Below are positions 7,728 to 16,013 of a stretch of DNA of 64,000 bases, one piece after another. The notes below the pieces were generated by a model that was not told where the DNA came from, searched no databases, and saw only the letters and a program-made list of their open reading frames with translations. The DNA is from an uncultured virus (IMG/VR IMGVR_UViG_3300047564_001460) (taxonomy: Duplodnaviria > Heunggongvirae > Uroviricota > Caudoviricetes), in IMG/VR virus record IMGVR_UViG_3300047564_001460. One strand, given 5' to 3'. Numbering within the stretch: the stretch's first letter is position 1; every line of letters starts with the position of its first letter. The translations under genes were made by a program, and so were the position numbers.

Positions 7728-8059
7728 TAAGGATGAATGAGATTCTGTATGCGCGGATGATCAATATGCTTATGGAAGGATGCACAGCGCACGATGTTGC
7801 ATACAGGACAGGTCTACACGTTGTAACAGTGCAGTCCTACCTCCGAGCACTGCATAAAGAGAAAGTCGTTTACGTCATGGGCTGGGTTAAAAACAGCCGA
7901 GGGGCAGACACGACGAAGATTTATAGGTTGGGCAAAGAACAAGACAAACCAAGAGAAGTGCTCACACGAGCAGAGATTGCTGCACGGTACAAATTTAAAC
8001 AACGGCTACGCAAACAGATGCAACGCGAGCGATCAATCATGGAAGGAGCAAGAGTATGA
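7724..8059 (+). CDS. Putative HTH DNA-binding protein
   Basis: CTAHDVAYRTGLHVVTVQSYLRALH, a winged-HTH-like pattern. Confidence 0.6.
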   Translation: MIRMNEILYARMINMLMEGCTAHDVAYRTGLHVVTVQSYLRALHKEKVVYVMGWVKNSRGADTTKIYRLGKEQDKPREVLTRAEIAARYKFKQRLRKQMQRERSIMEGARV

Positions 8060-8090
8060 GCAAGCTGACAAATGTCAGGAAGGAGAGCGA

Positions 8091-8447
8091 ATGAACCCTG
8101 ATACAAAAGAAACGAAAACACAGAAACTAACAGAGGTACAGGAAAAGGTTTTGAGCTACGTGCGTAAACGCAAGAATCCAGTAACCGCCAAGCAAGTGTG
8201 GCTACAAACGAAGGTCGGCAGTAAAGAGGCGCAGGATGCGCTCAGGCATTTGGCATACAAGGGATACATCAAGAGCTTCAAGCGAGTGGAGAATCTAAAG
8301 CAGGATCGGTTCTATTCTTTTCTTACAGATACGCCAGAACCAAAACCCAAAAAGCAAAGGACGAAACCCATCGCTAGCAACTTCTTCAACAACCCATTTG
8401 GTTTGGGAGTGCGAAATGAAAGAGTATCGAGTACAAGTAACGGTTAA
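8091..8447 (+). CDS. Putative winged-helix DNA-binding protein
   Basis: LTEVQEKVLSYV...VTAKQV...ALRHLAYKGYI pattern; palindrome-fused RBS. Confidence 0.6.
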   Translation: MNPDTKETKTQKLTEVQEKVLSYVRKRKNPVTAKQVWLQTKVGSKEAQDALRHLAYKGYIKSFKRVENLKQDRFYSFLTDTPEPKPKKQRTKPIASNFFNNPFGLGVRNERVSSTSNG

Positions 8448-9027
8448 GAACAACCTGCTTCTGAATGCTATAGAAAAGGCAGGGTATAAATCAATCTCAG
8501 ATTTTTGTGAGGGTGCAGGGTTACCAAATAAATCAGAAGTTGGCAATCTAATAAACCTAAAGTCGAGCCCCGTGTTGAAGAACGGGGAGCTTTCTGCGCT
8601 TGCTAAAAAGATACTCGACTTTCTGTGTGCACTGCCCGAAGACTTGTGGACGGAAGAGCAACTGTTCATGAGGTTGGAAACGAATAAGGGTTACATGCAC
8701 CTGGATAAACAACAAATGGATGTGCTGTCGTACGGGGAAAGGCCACAAGATACACCGGAGCTGGAAAACGCAGTCATGCGCAAAGAGCTGCAAGCTAAGG
8801 TACAGGAAGTGATAGGAACCCTGCGACCAATACATCAACTTGTGCTGAAGATGCGTTTTGGTATGAACGACCACCAAGAAGTGCATACGTTAGATGAAAT
8901 CGCAGATAAGTTAAACGTAACAAAAGAACGTGTGCGACAGATTGAACATGCCGCTATGTACAAATTCCGAACACTTTGTATACACGACGAAGCTATTAAA
9001 GAAGTTCTTAGAGATGAGGATTACTGA
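8416..9027 (+). CDS. Protein with a C-terminal sigma70 region-4 HTH (no region 2), N-terminal Cro-like segment
   Basis: VLKMRFG...TLDEIADKLNVTKERVRQIEHAAMYKFR resembles RpoD region 4.2 (TRERIRQIEAKALRKLR). Confidence 0.82.
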   Translation: MKEYRVQVTVKNNLLLNAIEKAGYKSISDFCEGAGLPNKSEVGNLINLKSSPVLKNGELSALAKKILDFLCALPEDLWTEEQLFMRLETNKGYMHLDKQQMDVLSYGERPQDTPELENAVMRKELQAKVQEVIGTLRPIHQLVLKMRFGMNDHQEVHTLDEIADKLNVTKERVRQIEHAAMYKFRTLCIHDEAIKEVLRDEDY

Positions 9028-9066
9028 CCTGACAAAAGTCAGGTAGTCAACTGTACGTGAAAAAAT

Positions 9067-9095
9067 TTGACTTAGGGTTTTATTTGTGGTACAAT
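9067..9095 (+). promoter_or_regulatory. sigma70 early promoter of the AAA+/VWA operon
   Basis: TTGACT-17 bp-TACAAT, TG extension; shares TTTGACTTAGGG with the 1755 promoter. Confidence 0.82.
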
Positions 9096-9185
9096 ATAAG
9101 ATAGTGGTAGATGTATCTGTAGTACCTGAGTCAGGCGGGATTCCTGACAATTGTCAGTCATTAGAGTTCATTAGAGGAGTTTGAA

Positions 9186-10250
9186 ATGTCAGAAGTTTCT
9201 TTCGGTAAGTCCATCACACTCAAGCAAGCAGCTAACCTCATCAAGTCCAACCCAGAGACTAGGTTTCTTTTGCAAGGCGAGCCTGGTATCGGCAAGTCCT
9301 CTCTGCTTGAAAACATCGCCGAGGATCTCGGCTACGACTATGCGTATATCGACGTACCCAATATGGATCTGGGTGACATCGCGATGCCTGTGATCGATCA
9401 CGAAACCAAAACGACGCGCTACTACCCCAACGCTAGATTCAAGGTGCATCAGGGCAAACCTGTCGTCATCATGCTCGACGAGTTTACGAAGGGTGCCGAG
9501 CCGGTCAAGAACATGCTGCACCCTATGCTTGAGAAGGCTAACCCACGCCTGGGTGACATTACCCTGGACAAACGTTCACCTATCTTTCTTACGGGCAACT
9601 TGAGTACTGATGGTGTGGGCGACAACTTGAAAGCACACAGCCGCAATCGTATCGTGCCCGTGACAATCAGCAAGCCGACTGCGGAGGAGTGGATCGAGTG
9701 GGGCTCAAACAAGGGTATCGAAGCCGAGGTGCTGGCCTGGGTGTATCAGTTTCCCCAAGTATTGGCTAGCTATCGCGATGGTAACCAGAGCGAGAACCCC
9801 TACATCTATAACCCCAAGAAGCCGCAAGCTGCGTTCGTTTCGCCACGTTCACTTGAGACTGCTAGCAACATCATACGTAGCAGGAGGTTCCTCGATTCGG
9901 ATACGGTTATCTCTGCGTTGACTGGTGCGATCGGTGAGTCTGGTGCGAGGGACATGCAAGCCTATATTGAGTTCGCCGATCAGCTCCCAACGTGGGAAGC
10001 AACGATCAAAGAGCCCAAGACTGCGCCTGTGCCTACGAGTGCAGGTGCGTGTGCAATTGTCGTGTTCGGTGCAATTGCACGTATCACTAAGGATACTATT
10101 ACCCCATTCATGGAGTACCTGGAGCGGTTTGAGTCTGAGTGGCAAGCCGTGTTCGCTATCAACATCGCTAAGACTCCAAGTAAGCAAGCGATTGCGTTTT
10201 CGTGCAAAGCGTTCGCTAACTGGGTCTCGAAGAACCAAGACTTACTGTAA
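9186..10250 (+). CDS. MoxR-type AAA+ ATPase
   Basis: Walker A GEPGIGKS, Walker B IMLDEF, FLTGN sensor, SPRS. Confidence 0.88.
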   Translation: MSEVSFGKSITLKQAANLIKSNPETRFLLQGEPGIGKSSLLENIAEDLGYDYAYIDVPNMDLGDIAMPVIDHETKTTRYYPNARFKVHQGKPVVIMLDEFTKGAEPVKNMLHPMLEKANPRLGDITLDKRSPIFLTGNLSTDGVGDNLKAHSRNRIVPVTISKPTAEEWIEWGSNKGIEAEVLAWVYQFPQVLASYRDGNQSENPYIYNPKKPQAAFVSPRSLETASNIIRSRRFLDSDTVISALTGAIGESGARDMQAYIEFADQLPTWEATIKEPKTAPVPTSAGACAIVVFGAIARITKDTITPFMEYLERFESEWQAVFAINIAKTPSKQAIAFSCKAFANWVSKNQDLL

Positions 10251-10292
10251 AAAATCTGGCTACTGACAAATGTCAGGAAAGGAGCGCTGAAT

Positions 10293-10577
10293 GTGTATTC
10301 AAAGTTAGAAAGGATGGAGGATCTACCGCTTGAATGGCACGAGGTCAGACGACTAGGTATGCAACTGTACGGTGCGTATACCGTGATGTTCGAGCGGGTG
10401 ATGTTCAACGCAAGCGAGCTGCCGAAGATAAGAGTCAAGCTGTTTCGGACGCGAGCTAGTACAACTACCACACGCGAGTTGATCGCTGTGTTTACCGATG
10501 CTGAAGAAGCCAGAGTAATGCTGAGCCTGCTTCACTCAACGCTGTTAGATGACATGAAACTTTTAGGAGAAAGATGA
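10293..10577 (+). CDS. Hypothetical protein
   Basis: Palindrome-fused AAAGGAG RBS, GTG start. Confidence 0.6.
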   Translation: MYSKLERMEDLPLEWHEVRRLGMQLYGAYTVMFERVMFNASELPKIRVKLFRTRASTTTTRELIAVFTDAEEARVMLSLLHSTLLDDMKLLGER

Positions 10578-10578
10578 G

Positions 10579-11793
10579 ATGGATGAAGAACGTAAACTGA
10601 AGAAGGCAAAGATCTCGCTCATGCGGGATCCCCGCTTTGCCCTGTGGCAAGGCATCATGATGGTCGGTAAGACGGTGGTCTCCGATAACGTACCGACTGC
10701 GGCAACAAACGGTCGAGACGAGATCTATGGTCGCAAGTTCATCAAAGAGCTATCCGACGCTGAGCTTAACTTTGTCGTGCTGCACGAGAGCTTGCACAAA
10801 GCCTATCGGCACCTGACCACATGGAAGAAGCTGCATGACGAGAATCACCGCCTAGCTAACGCTGCTTGTGACTACGTTATTAACTTGAAGCTGAGGGACA
10901 TGGATCCATCAGGCAGGACGTTGGCTTTCCCCAAGTTCAAGACAGGCAAGTTGGCAGGTAAGGAGATGGGCCTGATCGACGAGCGGTTCCGTGGGATGAA
11001 CACCAAGCAAGTCTTCGACATTCTTAAGCAGGAGATGAAGGATGGCGGCGGTGGGGGTGGTGGCGATGACAATTGTCAGGACGGGTTCGACGAGCATGAC
11101 TGGGATAGTGCGAAGGACATGACCGAGGAGGAGAAGCGCGAGCTTAGCCGAGACATTGATCAAGCACTGCGGCAAGGTCAGATGGCGGCGGCAAAAATTG
11201 CCGGTAAGAACGCAGGTGGTATCGATCGTGAGCTTCAGGATCTGCTCGAACCAAAGCTAGATTGGCGTGAGGTGCTACGCGAGTTCGTTAAAGCAACCTG
11301 CTATGCGAAAGATGCGAGTAGCTGGCGCAAAGTAAACAGGAGGTACTTAAGTACAGGGATGTACATGCCGACGCTGATCGGTGAGAAGGTTGGGCACTTG
11401 GTCGTTGCCGTCGATACGTCTGGCTCGATCGGTTCGGCTGAGCTGGCTGACTTTCTTAGCGAGGTTAAGGGTATCGCAGAAGAGGTAAACCCTGACAAGG
11501 TGGACTTGATCTATTGGGACGCTAAGGTCGCTGGGCATGAGGAGTATGGACTAGGAACTGTGGAGTCAATCATTCAATCAACAAAGCCACGCGGTGGTGG
11601 AGGCACTGCGCCTTCGTGCGTATCGCAATACTTAAAGGAGAAAGCAATTGTTCCAGAGTGCATCGTTGTTCTCACGGATGGCTATGTGGGTGGCGACTGG
11701 GGTTCTGATTGGGAGGCTCCGTTGCTATGGGTTATCACGCAAAACAGCACCGTTGTTGCGGATCACGGCAAAACAATTCATATGCCTCACTAA
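10579..11793 (+). CDS. HExxH metallopeptidase-like plus VWA domain protein (DUF2201-like)
   Basis: PTAATNG, LHESLH, ANAACDYVIN, MIDAS DTSGS, GGGT, LTDG. Confidence 0.88.
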   Translation: MDEERKLKKAKISLMRDPRFALWQGIMMVGKTVVSDNVPTAATNGRDEIYGRKFIKELSDAELNFVVLHESLHKAYRHLTTWKKLHDENHRLANAACDYVINLKLRDMDPSGRTLAFPKFKTGKLAGKEMGLIDERFRGMNTKQVFDILKQEMKDGGGGGGGDDNCQDGFDEHDWDSAKDMTEEEKRELSRDIDQALRQGQMAAAKIAGKNAGGIDRELQDLLEPKLDWREVLREFVKATCYAKDASSWRKVNRRYLSTGMYMPTLIGEKVGHLVVAVDTSGSIGSAELADFLSEVKGIAEEVNPDKVDLIYWDAKVAGHEEYGLGTVESIIQSTKPRGGGGTAPSCVSQYLKEKAIVPECIVVLTDGYVGGDWGSDWEAPLLWVITQNSTVVADHGKTIHMPH

Positions 11794-11809
11794 TAAATGG
11801 AGAAGCAAA

Positions 11810-12049
11810 ATGGTCGTAGTTAATTTGGGATACAGCACAAGCATTGTAGTTACCAAAGAGGATGCAATGGCTTTGGTCGGCATCCTTGAACGTTCGTATG
11901 CGTGGGACGAGAAGTATGTGTCTAAGAACGATTCGGAGACAGGGGAGTCGCATTACTTGTACTACGCATACCCCAGTACCAATATGCCGACGATGAAGAT
12001 CGTCAACGATGAAGTCTTTACGATGGCTAAGTTAGCAGGTAAGCCCTGA
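11810..12049 (+). CDS. Hypothetical protein
   Basis: GGAG RBS; stop codon inside a palindrome. Confidence 0.7.
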   Translation: MVVVNLGYSTSIVVTKEDAMALVGILERSYAWDEKYVSKNDSETGESHYLYYAYPSTNMPTMKIVNDEVFTMAKLAGKP

Positions 12050-12103
12050 CAAATGTCAGGAGTTAGAGTTGTTCGTGTCGTTAGTAATCATTAGGAGAAT
12101 CAA

Positions 12104-12967
12104 ATGAGCATTAGTGCATCAGCAGTTCTGGTCGAGCTGAATATCAGCGTATGGCCCGCATCAAAGATCGACAAAGAAGTTACCGAGTTCACCAATAGAA
12201 ATGCATCCGCTGTGGCCGATGCGTCTCAAACCAAGAAGAACCTCTTTGCAGGTACGTCCTTACGCAAAGACATTGAGAAGTTCGCAGCTCGCGTTCGTCT
12301 CTATCACAACCAACACACTCTCCCGTGGGCAGACAAAGGCGAGCGTCTTTTGCCGACCAAGCTGTTCATGGACTACAAGATTAGTATGAATACGTTCGAG
12401 CATACCTTCGACAGTATGTGCAACGAATTCTTTCAGGCGTACCCATCGCTTGTTGCTCAGGCTCCCATGAACCTCGGTACGTTGTTCAAAGCCGAGGACT
12501 ATCCAGACCTGGATGATGTCAAGCTGAAGTTTGGATTCCGTCGGTCGGTCAACCCGCTGCCTGAGTCTGGTGACTTCCGCTTAGATATTCCGTCGGATGA
12601 CTTAGCCGAGATGCGCAGTGAGTATGAAGCCAAGTTCGAGGAGCGGCTCGCCGATGCGATGCGCACCCCGTGGGATCGCTTACACACTATGCTGACGAAT
12701 ATCTCCGAGAAGCTAACTGATACGAAGCGAGAGGAAGAGGAAGGCAAGACCAAGCGTTATCACGACTCTCTGGTTACCAACGCGCTAGACCTGTGCTCCC
12801 TGCTGAGCAAGCTGAACATCACCAACGATCCGAAGTTGGAGGAAGCGCGTCGGCAGTTGGAGATAACGATGGTGGGTACGAACATAGCAGCAATCAAAGA
12901 TGATCCTGCCGAGCGTGTCCAGATCAAGTCGCGTGTCGATGCAATCCTCAACAAGTTTTCCTGGTAG
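12104..12967 (+). CDS. DUF3150-like helical protein (partner of the AAA+/VWA module)
   Basis: AVLVELNISVW...TKKNLF...HTLPW pattern and context. Confidence 0.65.
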   Translation: MSISASAVLVELNISVWPASKIDKEVTEFTNRNASAVADASQTKKNLFAGTSLRKDIEKFAARVRLYHNQHTLPWADKGERLLPTKLFMDYKISMNTFEHTFDSMCNEFFQAYPSLVAQAPMNLGTLFKAEDYPDLDDVKLKFGFRRSVNPLPESGDFRLDIPSDDLAEMRSEYEAKFEERLADAMRTPWDRLHTMLTNISEKLTDTKREEEEGKTKRYHDSLVTNALDLCSLLSKLNITNDPKLEEARRQLEITMVGTNIAAIKDDPAERVQIKSRVDAILNKFSW

Positions 12968-12998
12968 TCCTGACAATTGTCAGCCATTGGAGATAAGT

Positions 12999-13907
12999 AT
13001 GAATACCGATAAAGATTTACTAGAACATCCCAACGTTCGCCTGTCTGAAGATCTCACGAAGAAATACCCTGACGCTAAAATCCTTTTGCATCAGCAGTCA
13101 ACTAGCTCGCGCAAATTGATTGATCTTATCGAGTTGGTGCTTACTGAGAAGCCGACGTGGTTGGTTGTTGCTAACGCAGTACGACCAGACAGAAACAACG
13201 ACCCTCAAAACCTTTACCCCGAGAGGTTTCGGCTGGAGTCAAACGGAGATGCTTTGGGTCAGGTATCAATGCACTACCGTCACGGTTATGGGTATGTGTA
13301 TGAGGTTCACAATCAGCGTATCGCAGATGCATACGAACGAGCGGACAGTCTTAGGACTGCTGATATTAAGAAAGCACTAGCGACTATCAAGAAGAAGTTC
13401 TACGCTCGGACCCCGTTGGAAGTTTTACTCGATACGAACAAAGCAGCAAAGAGAATGGCGCAGCATCAGGCTTGGGAAACGTGTAGAGCGGCTGACGCGT
13501 TGGAGCGGAACATAAGAGATAAAGCTGTTGACTTTGTTACTGGCCCTGGCTGGCATCACTTTCTTGATTACATATCGGAGTCTGGCAGTGCGGCTGAAAG
13601 TTTGAAGTTAAAGCTGCACAAGATGTTGGGGGACCGAGATGAAGAGGGGCAAAAGAAAATAGCTGCTAGTGAGATACACGACAAGTTTGATAAGAATGAT
13701 GGTCTGCTTGTTGTGCAGAACGGTAGTAGGTATATGGTGTGTCCTATGGAGTCTCAGCAGTACGAGCACCACACTGACGATACGTTGCCAGAAGATACAA
13801 GGATGAAGCTAGGTCTACTTAAGTTGGTAGATGAAGGCTTTCTCATCAGTAATGTGGGTATTAGAGTTTCTAAAAACACGTTTGCGTTGACAATGGAGGT
13901 ACAATAA
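12999..13907 (+). CDS. Hypothetical protein
   Basis: GGAG RBS after a palindrome; long ORF. Confidence 0.8.
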   Translation: MNTDKDLLEHPNVRLSEDLTKKYPDAKILLHQQSTSSRKLIDLIELVLTEKPTWLVVANAVRPDRNNDPQNLYPERFRLESNGDALGQVSMHYRHGYGYVYEVHNQRIADAYERADSLRTADIKKALATIKKKFYARTPLEVLLDTNKAAKRMAQHQAWETCRAADALERNIRDKAVDFVTGPGWHHFLDYISESGSAAESLKLKLHKMLGDRDEEGQKKIAASEIHDKFDKNDGLLVVQNGSRYMVCPMESQQYEHHTDDTLPEDTRMKLGLLKLVDEGFLISNVGIRVSKNTFALTMEVQ

Positions 13908-13908
13908 A

Positions 13909-14148
13909 ATGTCTGAGTACAACGTTACTGTGAGACCAAATCCTCACTATAGAAAACGTGACGACGGTGGGCCGTTTATTATAAGCGACCCTAGATTTAA
14001 GTACGTACCTGCATCCGCTACAGACGTAAGAGAATCGTGGAAGCGGTACGGTTGGACACCTAGTGAGAAAAGAAATGGAGCCGAAGAACATGAGATCCCT
14101 GCAAAACCTTTTTCGTCAAATGCTGGGTATTCCCGAGTTAGGTGGTAG
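13909..14148 (+). CDS. Hypothetical protein
   Basis: GGAGG RBS; FKYVPASATDVRESW motif. Confidence 0.65.
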   Translation: MSEYNVTVRPNPHYRKRDDGGPFIISDPRFKYVPASATDVRESWKRYGWTPSEKRNGAEEHEIPAKPFSSNAGYSRVRW

Positions 14149-14154
14149 ATAGAA

Positions 14155-14305
14155 TTTCACACTCCCATGGACTGATAGGGCGGCGCACTAGCCTAGCAGA
14201 TGTGAGTGTGTGCTGTCGGCTACCTTCTGGAGTGTGTGGAAAGTTTGTGAGAGGGTAGTCCTTCCTAGACATGACGGGGGGCATGTAATCTGCTCGACCC
14301 CCCAA
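14155..14305 (+). ncRNA. Candidate structured intergenic RNA
   Basis: Four complementary segment pairs in a 170-nt intergenic gap (see findings). Confidence 0.35.
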
Positions 14306-14323
14306 CCAAACAAGGAGATAACA

Positions 14324-14527
14324 ATGATTGATGCCGACTCACCCGCTAACTGCCCGAAGCGCAAAAAGCGGGGGTTGATTACCGACGAAGAGTTAGCAAG
14401 GAGTTGGCCGTTTGGACGTGTAGATCCTAAGCGTTGTGAGTGGTACCACAGGGAGAAGCAAGCCAAGCGGACAGCAAAGAAAGACCTCCTGACATTTGTC
14501 AGCGAGGTGGGAGAAGCACCTTTTTAG
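14324..14527 (+). CDS. Hypothetical protein
   Basis: AAGGAG RBS. Confidence 0.65.
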   Translation: MIDADSPANCPKRKKRGLITDEELARSWPFGRVDPKRCEWYHREKQAKRTAKKDLLTFVSEVGEAPF

Positions 14528-14535
14528 GAGTAGTT

Positions 14536-14733
14536 ATGGAAGAACCAGTGGAGGGTGATAAGCCCCCCAAAAGGAGACGGGGCCCTGGTAAGAAGCCCCC
14601 TATGTTGTGTACAAGTTTGCGCTTACCCAAGGAAGTGATGGAGTATTTTGATCAGTTCCCTAACAAGCAAACACGTATGAGAGAAGTACTAACAGAGTTT
14701 GTTAAACGTCAACAAGGAAATTACGATGAGTAA
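14536..14733 (+). CDS. BrnA-antitoxin-like ribbon-helix-helix protein
   Basis: RGPGKKP...SLRLPKEVMEYF...QTRMREVL resembles the BrnA family. Confidence 0.7.
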   Translation: MEEPVEGDKPPKRRRGPGKKPPMLCTSLRLPKEVMEYFDQFPNKQTRMREVLTEFVKRQQGNYDE

Positions 14734-15172
14734 AAAACAAGAGATAATTGAATATATAACCGCAAACCCAACGGCTAAAGCAGCAGCAGTTGCCTACCTG
14801 TTCGGTACGAGTGCGCAGGTGGTCTATCAGATTAAGTCGGACGCAGGACTATCGAAGCCACGCACAAACAAGACTGCGAAACCCAAGGCGGCTAAGAAAG
14901 CTGCACCTCGCAAAGCAAGGGCAAAGCAGGTTACCGTGGAGATCGAAGAAGTGGATGAGGTCAATCATCCCCCCCATTACTTGGTCGGCGGTATCGAGGT
15001 TATCGACTACATCAAAGCCAAGCTGACTCCCGAGGAATTCCGTGGGTACTTGAAGGGCAACGTGATCAAATACATCAGTCGTGCCGACCACAAGAACGGC
15101 ATGATCGATTGGGGTAAAGCCGATTGGTATGTTGACAGATACCGCAAAGAGGTAGAACATAGTCACGTTTGA
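14726..15172 (+). CDS. DUF3310 (SaV/T7 gp1.7-like) protein with N-terminal HTH-like and Lys/Ala-rich linker
   Basis: DEVNHPPHY..GGIEVIDYI...GYLKGNVIKY..R..HKNG...KA.WY. Confidence 0.85.
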   Translation: MSKKQEIIEYITANPTAKAAAVAYLFGTSAQVVYQIKSDAGLSKPRTNKTAKPKAAKKAAPRKARAKQVTVEIEEVDEVNHPPHYLVGGIEVIDYIKAKLTPEEFRGYLKGNVIKYISRADHKNGMIDWGKADWYVDRYRKEVEHSHV

Positions 15173-15207
15173 TCTTGTGGTAAGGGTGCTGACATTTGTC
15201 AGCTTGT

Positions 15208-15233
15208 GCCGCCTTTTTAGGCGGCTTTTTTTT
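15208..15233 (+). terminator. Intrinsic terminator ending the early operon
   Basis: GCCGCCT-TTTT-AGGCGGC followed by T8. Confidence 0.88.
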
Positions 15234-15238
15234 GTCTG

Positions 15239-15266
15239 TTGACACTGTAAAATGTTGTGTTATGAT
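15239..15266 (+). promoter_or_regulatory. sigma70 promoter of the replication operon
   Basis: TTGACA-16 bp-TATGAT with TG extension. Confidence 0.7.
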
Positions 15267-15297
15267 GCTCCTCCGATTTGATTTACTGGAGCATCAA

Positions 15298-15603
15298 TTG
15301 GCTAAAACACCAGAAGCCAAAGTAAAAGATAGCATCAAAAAAATACTAAAAGAAAACGATGTCTATTACGCTATGCCTATAGGTACAGGCTTTGGTAGTT
15401 CAGGAGTCCCAGATTTTCTTTGCTGCGTGCAAGGTAGATTTGTGGGTATCGAAGCAAAGGCAGGGGGCAATCTACCTACTGACCTTCAACTTAAAAACAT
15501 GAACAGCATAAACGCCGCAGGTGGGGTGACAATTGTCATCGATGAAGTTAACGTTAAAGCGTTAAGTGGCTACATAAAACTCATTAAGGAAAACAAGGTA
15601 TGA
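15298..15603 (+). CDS. VRR-NUC domain nuclease (Holliday-junction-resolvase-like)
   Basis: TPEAKVK, GVPDFL, FVGIEAKA, PTDLQ; TTG start after GGAG. Confidence 0.88.
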   Translation: MAKTPEAKVKDSIKKILKENDVYYAMPIGTGFGSSGVPDFLCCVQGRFVGIEAKAGGNLPTDLQLKNMNSINAAGGVTIVIDEVNVKALSGYIKLIKENKV

Positions 15604-16013
15604 ACGAAGGACTAAAAATAGTATTAGAACGCATGCGCACAAACCCCGAAGAGTTTGGTGAAGACTCTAAAAAGTGGAGGTGGATCAATGGCTTTGCCGA
15701 CGCTTTGGATGCTGACGAATTAAAAGCGTTAGCGGCTGGGAAAAGAAAAGCATTGAGAGAGCTGTTCACCCGTAGAGTTATGGCTACGTTGGTGGATATT
15801 AAACTTGATTTGGATGAACTTGAAAGTGAAAGTATGTCGCAGTTAGGGGCGGCAATATCGGGGGTAAAAGCAGCAATCGGGTCAGGAACGGCGATAAGCA
15901 ATATGAGTTATAAGCCGAACCCTATTACAACATCGACAGATTCTCCTGGCAAACTAATCTTATCGCAATCAGAACTTATTAGACTCAAAGCAATGATGAA
16001 AGAAGTTGAATGA
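15600..16013 (+). CDS. Hypothetical protein
   Basis: ATGA-coupled ORF. Confidence 0.7.
   Translation: MNEGLKIVLERMRTNPEEFGEDSKKWRWINGFADALDADELKALAAGKRKALRELFTRRVMATLVDIKLDLDELESESMSQLGAAISGVKAAIGSGTAISNMSYKPNPITTSTDSPGKLILSQSELIRLKAMMKEVE

Larger units (their letters stand above)
19..15202. repeat. Dispersed 14-bp palindrome CTGACA(A/T)(A/T)TGTCAG, 18 exact copies (probable operator or recombination site)
   Basis: Exact copies start at 19,141,709,1008,1344,1904,2281,2762,3618,4584,5752,8065,9144,10263,12046,12970,14489,15189; degenerate copies at 9029,11067,15527,17022,19642. Confidence 0.95.

Noticed and set aside
14155..14305. tRNA or hammerhead ribozyme
   Set aside because: No T-loop GTTCRA cloverleaf; CTGATAG does not match the CUGANGA core
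19..15202. Palindrome as host matS (GTGACRNYGTCAC)
   Set aside because: matS is 13 bp with a 3-bp centre and G/C ends; this site is 14 bp with C/G ends
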